From assembly GCA_043228905.1 (NCBI GenBank), contig JBHGNT010000505.1:1-22234 (forward strand): DNA of 22,234 nucleotides, read 5' to 3'. The stretch is from Azolla caroliniana. Lineage: Eukaryota; Plantae; Polypodiophyta. Every line of letters starts with the position of its first letter. Within the stretch, counting starts at the first letter, position 1. The notes beneath the pieces are model-generated. The model was not told where the DNA came from. It was given only the letters and a program-made list of their open reading frames with translations, and did no database searches. The position numbers were made by a program, and so were the translations under genes. Shown in pieces: positions 9,823 through 19,714 of the stretch.

Positions 9823-12800
9823 TTACATAGTAATCAATTCATCTACGTCATTTTCTTCATCATCTTGTGTAGAACTGTCTTCGGCTATACGTGCATTGGT
9901 TTCCCCTGTTAGCCGGGCCAACGAAATATCTTCTATAAGCTCATCATCAAGCTCTATTAGCTCTCCCGGTTCGCCGGCTAACGGAGGAATAGGCTCTCGC
10001 GAAGCGGGTTGAAACCTTTCTGTATTGGCGAGGTTCTTTGCACCGACCTCCTCATCCTGGTCTGGGCACTCCCACAAAGCCTTAATCCGCATATTAATAA
10101 ATATAACTTGGTCCTCGTCCTTCTCCAATGCAACTGTATTCCTAAACAGCTTCAATGCACATGCTGACGTAGTTCCTATGATGTAAGTAACAAGAAGATT
10201 TAGTTGTCAAACGAAAAAAGTGATTGGTTATCTCAAGATCGTTACCCTAGTTCGAGGAATACCTGTGCCAGAAAAGAGATCTAATATCCAGTCTCCTTCG
10301 ACAGAAAACATCTCGATCAAGCGCATCATAAGTCGTTGAGGTTTTTGGTATGGGTTGACAAGTCCCCGTTCTGTCGTGGTGACATGTCGCAATTTCCGAG
10401 TCACTGCTGGATATACCAACAGATTTGAACCTCCCACTTCATTAGAATGCTCTTTGATTCTCTGTTTTTTAATTTCATCGAAGTAGCCAACCGTTATGTA
10501 TTCAATGGCATTAACGAACCGAAAAGTTGGCCCTCTATTTACATTGGTCTTGATCCTATAAAAAATAATTCATAGAGTTAAAAATAGATTCAACAACCTT
10601 AAGAATTGCAATATAATGAAAGACACCTATAAATAATCCTTACCATGCAAGGTTCTCGATGCCATGGCAACGAGATCTCAAAGCTTGAGCTACCGAGTAC
10701 CCTTGGTCCATACTATGAAAGACAACTATTCGCCACAAGGATGCGGTCGTTAGCTCAGCGAAATCCTTGACCATCTTCTCCAATTGTTTAAACCTAAACG
10801 GTTCATCGTCGTATGATGACCCAGCCATTCGAAATCCGTAAGGAATATCCGCAATCATTAGCGTATATTCCTTCTTTGGCACCTTCTGGATCAAGTCGAT
10901 GACATCACCGCAAACCACATTGTAGTAAAGATCTCTCGTAATATCTTTCTTGTGGCTAAATTTTTTAAACGAGCCATCTTCCTCCATTTCGTACGCCTTG
11001 ACTAAGCGACGATCCTTTTCTTTTCTGGCTCGCTCGAGATGTGCAAGGAAGGATGTAGGGAAATCGTGTATATCCTTAACTTCTCCTTGTTTCTTGCCTC
11101 GACACGGTTTCTAATAGAAGCAATAGGACATCAGGTATTATTATACAAGCTCTACATATGATGAAAGGGTAATGAAAAAATATCAATACGAATGCAATAA
11201 AATACTTTGATAACGCCTTATACGAAGACGTTAGAGGATAATCCTCGGTCACTTGTTCCCAAGTTATACATCCAAGTTGTTTCATCATTACTTCTTGGAT
11301 CTTCATGTACACCTTATGACTGTAAAATTAGAAATCAAGATTAGAACTTTGAATTACACCAGATAGACTACAATTTCAGTATTTGAAAGACTTACTTATT
11401 GAACTCGGTGACCATTTCTTCAAGGCTTAAATCTTTCGCCACAACCCTTGACAAAACGGACACAAGAAGCTGCTCGTCCTTAATACCTTGCATCGCTCTC
11501 CATAGAGACAGCTTCATGTCGTCTGCCGCTTCTTCAATTGTCAAGTCAATTTTCTTGGCGGCTTGTGACTTTAATTCTAGTTGAGGGTCAACCCTACATT
11601 TCTTTTGTCGTTGACCCTTTACCTCCTTATTCTCCCACATTGAGAAGATTTGATCTTGGAGGTCCCATACTTCTCCATCTCTAAACGCCAATTGAAACCA
11701 AGATTCATACTTTCGAAGACCATCAGACCTAACATTATCATCTACCACAATGCCGACTTCATGCAGACATTGACGTCGAAGGCCTGGATGTAACTTCACA
11801 CCAAACTTTTGTTTCACATCTAAATACTCGTGGTGGAAGAACCGGATACGCTCAATAGACGACATTTTCTGCCTATAGTCATTATCATTATTATGGTCCC
11901 ATGCCAACAGCTTAGCCTCTTCGGTTGTGAGCCCAACATATATTTTGCACTCGGCATACTTGAAGAAGAAAGTGGTTGGATGTTCTCTTACAAGTTGTCG
12001 ACGTGCCTCTGCTGAATGCGATCCACCAATGACAAAATAATTATATTGATCATGCTTTCTGATATCAAAATCTTCAATGGTTTCACATTCTTCAGGATCC
12101 ACCATAACAATAAAAGGCACCACTGTGGCATGAGGATTAATTTTCATTTTCTTCTTGAGATTTTGAACATGCATGCGATGAGGCTCTCTAATCTCAAGTG
12201 GTCTTCGACCTGTTTTTTCATCAATAGGGGGCCGATGGATGTGTGTTATAGGCAAATTAAATACTTGCCCTTTCCTGACCAGCTTCCGTTGCATTAACTC
12301 TCTTCTTATTTTATTCTGCTCGGATGACAAAACACCAGAGGCCAGCTCGGCTCCTGGCGTCCCCTTATTATCCTCTTCTTCATTTTCACTTGTCGAATCC
12401 GTATCCGACATTTTCGTTGTCTTCTTCTTGGCTGGTCTTGACTGGACTTTGGATACCTTTTTAGTGGCCTTCAAGTGGGAGGGCTCTTCATCTCGTAGAG
12501 TTACATGGCCTTGTATATAAGGCCTCAAGGTAACAATCAGGTTTTGTGAGTTATCAAGTGCTTTTTTGAACACTTCAGGCCCACAAGATTCCTTTACTAA
12601 AAGATCTTCTGAAAGGAACACCCTGCGTACCCCCTTGGAGCACTCTATCATTACCAGTATGTTGGCCGAATCTGCATCTTCGTAGTCAAATCGTAGAATT
12701 CGGCCATACATAAATGGAGTTTCTTTTCCTAGCTGCCCCTCACCCTTCTTCTTTGCTGTATACAATACGACTTTTTTCTTTGAGTCAACATATTGCATAC

Positions 12801-14123
12801 ACCATTCCTTGTCCGTTAGATCTCGGTCAGGAAGGTCTTCGCCTCCAGTAGCGGCGACAATTTTCTTTTGGCTTACATCACTATGGGGCTGAGATTTTGT
12901 CTCTTCGTTAAAGAGAAGCTTTTTTCCTCTCTTCATGGTCTCCGGAGTTACCTTGGTCTGGGCTTCGATTGGAGAACCTTGTATGCGAAGCTTAATTTTC
13001 TTCACGGGTCGGTCTGACAGATTCTCAAACGACCTATTTAAGAAAGTATATGCAAAAACATAAGTTAGACAGTTACGTAGATTGAAGTTGTTATTATAAT
13101 GAAGAACAGTTTCTAGGAGCAGTAACATATTCAAAAATCTATTCTAGGCAGGGCTATTCAACCTAGAAAATATATATCGTAATAAGTAAAATGGGTTATA
13201 TATTCTTTTAAATAGTAGGTATGACTTATATAGATTCTAAACCTATATTGATGAGAATTTGCCATAGTGAATGCAATTTGTAGATCATTTTCTACTATTT
13301 TAAGCTAAAGTAGGTCAAAAAACACCTATAATTAGAGCATGTATTTGTTTAAAAGTAAGTAAACTCAAAATAAAAAGACTGATTTTGACAGACAATTTGA
13401 TAACATTTCCACCCCGTAAACGATTTTTCTCTCTCAAAGGCTACACTTTAAACACGAACTCGATACGCCGTATCGAGTTCGTGTTTAAAACCTACACTTT
13501 AAACACGAACTCGATACGCCGTATCGAGTTCGTGTTTAAAACCAAACCTATATTGATGAGAATTTGCCATAGTGAATGCAATTTGTAGATCATTTTCTAC
13601 TATTTTAAGCTAAAGTAGGTCAAAAAACACCTATAATTAGAGCATGTATTTGTTTAAAAGTAAGTAAACTCAAAATAAAAAGACTGATTTTGACAGACAA
13701 TTTGATAACATTTCCACCCCGTAAACGATTTTTCTCTCTCAAAGGCTACACTTTAAACACGAACTCGATACGCCGTATCGAGTTCGTGTTTAAAACCTAC
13801 ACTTTAAACACGAACTCGATACGGCGTATCGAGTTCGTGTTTAAAACCTACACTTTAAACACGAACTCGATACGGCGTATCGAGTTCATGTATACAATAC
13901 AAATATTTATACACGAACTCGATACGCCGTATCGAGTTCGTGTATACAATACTTTATACACGAACTCGATACGGCGTATCGAGTTCGTGTATAAATATTT
14001 GTATTGTATACATGAACTCGATACGCCGTATCGAGTTCTTGGGAAACGAAACATATTTACAAAAATGTCCACAGTGTCAGAGGCCTACCTGGACTCCTCG
14101 CGCTCGACTCTCTTGGAAGACAT
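9823..14123 (-). CDS. Six-exon gene encoding a ParB/Srx-like domain plus beta-class N6-adenine/N4-cytosine DNA methyltransferase (predicted 971 aa)
   Basis: Predicted exons 14123-14089, 13033-11396, 11319-11190, 11110-10644, 10555-10263 and 10175-9823. All introns are GT..AG (1055, 76, 79, 88, 87 nt), phases are compatible, and the total is 2916 nt with no internal stop. MTase motifs: CGDVIDL, ADIPYG (motif IV), W-I-K...E, YQKP..LM.RLI, ILDLFSGTGTT (motif I), ALEKD. ParB-like region: FNLPITHI...HVQNLKKKM...PFIVMV...YFVIGGSHSAEA...LLAWDHN. Exon 1 is the least certain. Confidence 0.85.
13239..13848. repeat. 305-bp tandem duplication within intron 1
   Basis: AAACCTATATTGATGAGAATTTGCC... starts at both 13239 and 13544; the copies are near-identical. 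Confidence 0.9.
13447..14038. repeat. Array of 8 near-perfect palindromes, core (ACAC)GAACTCGATACG-S-CGTATCGAGTTC(GTGT)
   Basis: Copies start at ~13447, 13498, 13752, 13803, 13854, 13908, 13955 and 14013, with ~51-bp periodicity. The last four are nested in a perfect 84-bp inverted repeat (13863-13946 / 13955-14038). Confidence 0.95.
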
Positions 14124-14173
14124 GGTTGATCGTGTTGTGTGGAGGCGGAGATCGCGCTTTCGTGCTTTGTGCC

Positions 14174-14239
14174 TTGAGTGCTCTGTGTGCTCTGTGTGCT
14201 CTGAGTGCTCTGAGTGCTCTGTACGCTCTGTACGCTCTG
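14174..14239. repeat. 9-bp tandem repeats (GTGCTCTGW / ACGCTCTGT) in the predicted 5' UTR of the methyltransferase gene
   Basis: About 7 copies of a 9-mer lying between the TATA box and the predicted ATG. Confidence 0.8.
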
Positions 14240-14265
14240 GTGAGTGAAATATGATGAGGTCTTCC

Positions 14266-14273
14266 TATTTATA
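14266..14273 (-). promoter_or_regulatory. Putative TATA box (TATAAATA) for the ParB-MTase gene
   Basis: Canonical TATAAATA about 25-30 nt upstream of a pyrimidine-CA initiator-like TTTCACTCA and about 145 nt upstream of the predicted ATG at 14123. Confidence 0.6.
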
Positions 14274-14946
14274 GGGATTGAACCCATGGTTAAAGTAACC
14301 ATAGTCATCTTAACCAATGTTGGTAACTTTGAGGATAGTTAGTTTGTAACCATAGTCACATTAACTATAGTAACTTATGATTGTATTAATGATTACAAAG
14401 TCAAACTAATATATTGATGAATCTTTTATACTCATAACAACCTACAATCACTTCAAAGGTTATGAAGGAGACAATGATAGAGGTTCATGAATGTACCAAT
14501 GATTGATTACTAAAAGCAAAATTTTTTATGACTCTCAATAGTTATGTATTAAAGATGTGGGCATGAATTAACTAATGATTGATAAGTCTAATATTTAAAA
14601 TGGTGAGCATTAAAGAATCAATGAGTGAGACGTTCTATATCAAAATGGGTGTCATTAATTAGCCAATGATTTTAACATTAATCCAACATATTCAAGGCTT
14701 GTTAATGATTAGTTTTATATTTTACTTGATTTAACATCATTTAGATCTAGTTTATATAATGATTGATAATTTAAGTTAAATTACTTTATTAAAAATAATT
14801 TTTAGATGTATTGTATTTTAATAGAATATTACATAATATAGACATTCTATTGATTTGGCTTTTGTTTAGAGAGAAGTTTATGTTTAGGGAGGAGTATATG
14901 GTTAGAGAGGAGTATAACTTAGAGAGCCCTATCTAGACCTTAAGCC

Positions 14947-17727
14947 ATGAGTGAAGATTCACCGTTCTCGATTGAAGAATATTGTTTGTCATCAGACCCA
15001 TCGTTTTCTACTGAAGAGTATTGTTTATCAACAGAGTCACCATATTCGATTGAAGAATATTGTCTTTCGACCGACTCACCATATTCTATCAAAGAATATT
15101 GTCTGAGCTCATCTACAGGGAATGCAAATAATGACACATGTGAAGAGTTCTCTATTGAAGAATACGATATTAATAAAGATACCGGGAATGAAGGAAGTGC
15201 CCAGGAAACATTGAATAACATTGGCGATGGTCAGAACAGAGAATTAGACTGTAACAAGGTTACACCAACCTCTATGCAGGAAGAGAAATCTGGGAGCCCT
15301 ATGCATATTAGAAGAATCCCACGAAGAATTCGTCTGGCTAGATTTAGCTTGGTGACATCAGATAAACAGATTGGATTTGATGTCAACAAAATATGTTGTG
15401 CCCGTGGTTGTATGTCTATGATTGGAAAATCAAAGTTGCGAGAATTAAGGCGATACTATTTTTCGATGACCGGTGATGAGCAAGACACTTACCTCGGATC
15501 ACATATGCAACTAGTATCTGACAAATGTACGGGGATCAAAGTATCATTCGAGTATTATATCTTCCATGCGCAACAGATATGTAGAGTTGCATTCAAAATT
15601 GTGTTATGTGTTAGTAACATGCGGCTACATAGAGTACAACAACGTCTACTTAGCGGGGATCAGATGCTCAATTGTAAAGAGGTTCCAAGTATGAAAGGTG
15701 CAATTGGAAGACTAGCTATTGGCTGGATGAAAACTTACTTTCAGTTAAATTGTGAAGTAATGCCCACTACAGGTAGGATGCATCTTTCTGATAATTATAC
15801 CCGTCGGGAAGTTTATGATGTCTATCGATCTGAAATGCTGGGCTCACGTAATAAGTCTATCACCTATAGCCAATTCACAAGATTATGGAGAGCTCGGTTT
15901 TCAAATGTTATTATTCCTCGTAAAGTACGTATGGGTTATTGCTCCATTTGTGCAAATCTTAAAAGTTTGGCTAAAGGTGCAAAGACATCAATGGAAAAGG
16001 ATACGAGTAAGAAGTTACTACAAGAGCATCGTGAGGCACAATCCTTAGAACGAAGGAAGGCGATGCATCATAGAGAGAAGTGTTTGAAGAGGCCTGAACA
16101 ATACATGTGCTTAATGATAGATGGCATGGACCAGAAGAAGACATGCTTGCCGCATATGCGGAGGCTCCCCAAAGATGTCAATGATGAGTGCCTTGTTCAA
16201 ATGCACTTGGTGGGATGCTTGGCTTATAATAGGTCTGTTCGACCTCACGTCTTCATTACTTACCCCAATGTTCACAATGACCCTAACCTAACAGTTACAG
16301 TGATTCACCGAGTTTTGATGTCTTGGGGACAACCTTTCCCCCCTATTCTATACATTCAATTGGACAATACTGCTAGAGAGAACAAAAATTCAACTGTATT
16401 TGGCTATCTAAGTATGTTGGTCAACCTAGAATTGTTTAGGAAAGTGAAAGTCAATTTCCTTTTGGTTGGCCACACACATGACCATATAGATCAGATGTTT
16501 AGCACATTCTCCAGACAGTTGTCTCGGCATGATGCTTTCACTTTACCTAAACTATTTGATGTCATTTGTGATGCATATACACCACGCCCAAAAGTGTTAC
16601 ACTTGAAGGAGGTATATGACTTTAAGAGATATATATTAGATGGGGGTGGTGGGAATGTTAAAGTGCTTGCTCAGTTAAACAATATAAGTTTCAATCACAT
16701 TTTTTTGATAAAGAAAAATGGAATAAGTGGTTCTACACTTTTGTATGCTAAACAATATTCATCTTCTACAACATGGGAACCTGAAGGTGGTTGCCAGTTA
16801 TTACTTTGTATGCCGAGTACAATTGTCCATGGAGCTAAGCAAATGCCAATTGAGAAGAAAGGACAGTTGCAGAGCGACTTGGTATTAGAACAAAAACGGT
16901 CATGGCTCCAAGCCTTAGAAGAAAAAAGAAAACATATTGAGGCCGCCAAGAAATATGCCGCACAACAAGACACGTCATGGTGGGATGTATTTTATAGTGA
17001 TCAGAAAGAAATTATAGACAATTGTGTATCTGTTGATAATTGGAATTTGGAAACGCCATTCACATGGTCGCTGCAACATGATCGCGTAAATAGAAGTCCG
17101 GAGCGACTAGTAAATGCGATTAATGACAGCTTGGTCCATCCACAACAAAGAGACATTTATGTGGGACCAAGGATGACCAAAGCAGCCGAAGCTAGATGGC
17201 AAGGAAATTTGCAAGAGCTCACCGCGGGGATGTTGATTGCAACGCCGGCTGATGAGAACTCACATGGCCACCAATTTTGGGTTGGTAAAATTCTAGAAGT
17301 GCTAATGCATGAAATAGATAACACGATCAAGTCTATAAATGTTCATTGGTACAACACTAGAAGTGCAAATGCTTTTACAGGTAAGTATACATTGGAGATG
17401 ATTGAATGCCAAACAAGAAGGGGAGGTAGGAAGAGGAAGCGAAACATTCGTAACACCTCGACCCTTGATATCTCTGATGTGGATATCATCGTGTACGACT
17501 TCACACTTACAAAAGCCGGACGATTAAGGAAGTCAACAATAGATATAATAAAAGAAAAATTACCAGGTCTACAAGGTGGCTCGAGTCAAAGGCAAACGAG
17601 ATCTGCTACATATAATCTAGAGTCAAACCATTTGGTTTATGACGAAGATAATGCACTGATTGGTACATCCGAGGATGATGAGGAGGAATCGTCATTGTAT
17701 ATTAGTTATAGTAGTGATTCTCCGTAA
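14947..17727 (+). CDS. Sola1-like DDD transposase (926 aa, intact)
   Basis: Cys/His clusters (CCARGC, CRVAF, CSIC...H) and catalytic-type motifs LMIDGMDQ, YIQLDNTARENKN, FLLVGHTHDHIDQMFS. Located inside a TIR/4-bp-TSD element. Confidence 0.85.
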   Translation: MSEDSPFSIEEYCLSSDPSFSTEEYCLSTESPYSIEEYCLSTDSPYSIKEYCLSSSTGNANNDTCEEFSIEEYDINKDTGNEGSAQETLNNIGDGQNRELDCNKVTPTSMQEEKSGSPMHIRRIPRRIRLARFSLVTSDKQIGFDVNKICCARGCMSMIGKSKLRELRRYYFSMTGDEQDTYLGSHMQLVSDKCTGIKVSFEYYIFHAQQICRVAFKIVLCVSNMRLHRVQQRLLSGDQMLNCKEVPSMKGAIGRLAIGWMKTYFQLNCEVMPTTGRMHLSDNYTRREVYDVYRSEMLGSRNKSITYSQFTRLWRARFSNVIIPRKVRMGYCSICANLKSLAKGAKTSMEKDTSKKLLQEHREAQSLERRKAMHHREKCLKRPEQYMCLMIDGMDQKKTCLPHMRRLPKDVNDECLVQMHLVGCLAYNRSVRPHVFITYPNVHNDPNLTVTVIHRVLMSWGQPFPPILYIQLDNTARENKNSTVFGYLSMLVNLELFRKVKVNFLLVGHTHDHIDQMFSTFSRQLSRHDAFTLPKLFDVICDAYTPRPKVLHLKEVYDFKRYILDGGGGNVKVLAQLNNISFNHIFLIKKNGISGSTLLYAKQYSSSTTWEPEGGCQLLLCMPSTIVHGAKQMPIEKKGQLQSDLVLEQKRSWLQALEEKRKHIEAAKKYAAQQDTSWWDVFYSDQKEIIDNCVSVDNWNLETPFTWSLQHDRVNRSPERLVNAINDSLVHPQQRDIYVGPRMTKAAEARWQGNLQELTAGMLIATPADENSHGHQFWVGKILEVLMHEIDNTIKSINVHWYNTRSANAFTGKYTLEMIECQTRRGGRKRKRNIRNTSTLDISDVDIIVYDFTLTKAGRLRKSTIDIIKEKLPGLQGGSSQRQTRSATYNLESNHLVYDEDNALIGTSEDDEEESSLYISYSSDSP

Positions 17728-18049
17728 AGGAGTGATCATGAATGTATATTTGGCTATTAAGTGTAACTACATTCCGCTTGTAACAAATCGAGTAATATAA
17801 AATCATGTGTTTTGAATTCTTATGATTTCCCAAAAATCGTTTCTTATAAAATAACATTGGTTGTAAAGTTTGTGATATAAATTGAGAATGTATGTTTTTG
17901 AAATTCGTCTTTTTTTAGTTACTTCTAAATCACGAAAATAGTGGATTTTTAACCTTTTTCATAGTATGTTTGAACTTGTATGATACTGGTATCAATGTGT
18001 TTTGTAAAATCATTGAAAAACCCCTAAAATTTCCCTTATCCTTCCATTT

Positions 18050-18085
18050 ATGCGCGATCCTTCCACTTGTGAACGCGAACGTGTT
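18050..18085 (-). repeat. Right terminal inverted repeat
   Basis: ATGCGCGATCCTTCCACTTGTGAACGCGAACGTGTT followed by the TSD CTCC. Confidence 0.96.
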
Positions 18086-19642
18086 CTCCGGTTTCGCTCG
18101 TTGGGGAAGGGAAGTCGGTGTTGCTTCCCGAACTAGCAGGCTTCACAAATTTGTGCCTTTCGGCCACTAAATTTGGGCAATCCGAACACTACCTGTTTCG
18201 ATTGCAGATCTTGAAGTCGTTGGTGGTTGACGTGGCCTATCCGCTTGTGCCACAAGTCGATGTCTGACTCGGCCTTTTGTCCCTTCGCGAACATTGCGGT
18301 GCCGTCGTCAGTGGAGTCGAGGATGAACATCCTCCCGTCTCTGCGCCCTTGTGCAATCACACGGCCTTCTTCCTCAATGAAGCACCCGAGGTGTGTAAAC
18401 CGAACCTCCATCCTTTGGTCGACAATCTGTCCGACTGAGACCAAGTTTTTCGTGATTGTCGGAACGTGCAGCACGTTCATGAGTTTCCCTTTCTGCCCGA
18501 CATGGCTAAGGGGAACTTCTCTGACATTCGCAATCGGATGCGGAGTGTCGTGTCTTATTGCGACTACTTCAGGTTGTATCGGTTTTTCAAGGTACGAGAA
18601 CCACTCCTTATGGCTCGTCATGTGGTTTGACGCGCCAAAGTCTACGTACCACACCTCGTCCGATCTCGGGGTGCTCTGTTTCATTGAGTTTGCTTCGTGT
18701 CTCGTCACGAAGACAGACCCTTCTCCGACTCTCCCAGAGTCTTGGGCGTAGTGGCCGGTTTCCCTTGTCGGTATGTTCGGAGCCGTTTCCGGAACCGGTT
18801 CTCTCCGAATCGGCGCGCTTCTTCCAGCACTCACTTTCCTTGTGGCCTTTCTTGCCACAGTACCAGCACTCCGCGATGGACTTCCCTTGCCGGTTCTCAT
18901 CGCTTCAACTCCCCCTGTTTCCGAAGGGTCCGGAGTTGCTTTTAGCATCACTTCGGTGCCTTCTTTCTTGATCTCGTTGGCCGCCTCCGTTGTGTGCCGA
19001 CTCGCCTCGTCCTCCACGTCCACGGGGCCTATCTCCCTCCGTGTACAACATTCTGTTGTCGGTGTGCGTGCTTGTAGACGCACTCGCGTGGTTCTCCTCT
19101 ACCAGGAGCATCGATTGTAAGTCGAAAAAGGACGACGTATTCTCCCGGGTACACACAGCCATTCGGAACGCTCCGAACTTCGACGCCAAACCTCCAAGAC
19201 AGATCTGGACCATCTCTCTCTCCTCGATGTTCACCTCTATGGAGGCGAGGGAGTCGCAGATATCCTTGATCTTCGAGGTATAGTCCTCCACCGACAAGTC
19301 GCGTTGTCGTAGGTTGCTCAACTCCTGTCGGAGCTGAAGCTTCCTGGTTGTGGTGCTTGCGGCGAAAATCTTCTTCAGATTTTCCCACGCACCCTTCGGC
19401 GTCTTTGCATCCCGAACATAGTTCAATAGCTGTTCGCCCACACACGACGCGAAGCAGTACAATACCCTGCTCGCAGATTGCTCCCACGACGGGAAGTCTC
19501 TGTGTGTCGATTCGGGTGCCGCGTCATTAGCTCCTTCGACATAACTCCAGTAGCCGTCCCCGAGTAGGTACTGGTGCATCTTGTAGGACCAAGACGCATA
19601 GTTGGTTTTGTCGAGCTTCTCTGTTGGAAGCGAGCTCGCCAT
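18086..19642 (-). pseudogene. copia gag, CCHC knuckle, protease and GAG-pre-integrase
   Basis: MASSLPTEKLDKTNYASWSYKM (gag N-terminus), CWYCGKKGHKESEC knuckle, WYVDFGASNHMT (protease, DSGA mutated), LWHKRIGH...CEAC. Stops at 18905 and 18133 and a frameshift near 18760. Confidence 0.93.
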
Positions 19643-19714
19643 GCCTCTATCCATCGTTCTTCTTGTTCTTCTTCGTCAAGCTGTGTCGGCTGCAGAGAGG
19701 TTCTCAACCCTCGC

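Larger units (their letters stand above)
8776..18085 (+). mobile_element. Sola1-like cut-and-paste DNA transposon (9310 bp) with transposase and ParB-methyltransferase cargo gene
   Basis: 36-bp TIRs (8776-8811 and 18050-18085, one mismatch). 4-bp TSD CTCC (8772-8775 and 18086-18089). Removing it restores copia LPFPNERNRSRNKLDLIHSDVWGP. Encodes a DDD-type transposase. Confidence 0.9.

Noticed and set aside
13034-13134. N-terminus of the 580-aa ORF (MNMLLLLETV...)
   Set aside because: It has a non-ATG start and AT-rich sequence upstream of a good acceptor at 13034; more likely part of intron 1.
13447-14038. CRISPR array
   Set aside because: Sequences between the palindromes are short and repeated rather than unique, there are no cas genes, and the context is a eukaryotic intron.
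9823-14123. Bacterial or phage contamination as the source of the methyltransferase
   Set aside because: It has five phase-compatible spliceosomal introns and lies within a TSD-flanked insertion in a plant copia element.
13385-14317. ORFs with TLNTNSIRRIEFVF or QST repeats
   Set aside because: They are translations of the palindrome array and 9-mer repeats, open on both strands because of symmetry.
8776-18085. CACTA, hAT, Mutator, piggyBac or Kolobok classification
   Set aside because: The TSD is 4 bp and not TTAA, the termini are AACAC, and the transposase motifs fit Sola1-like proteins better.
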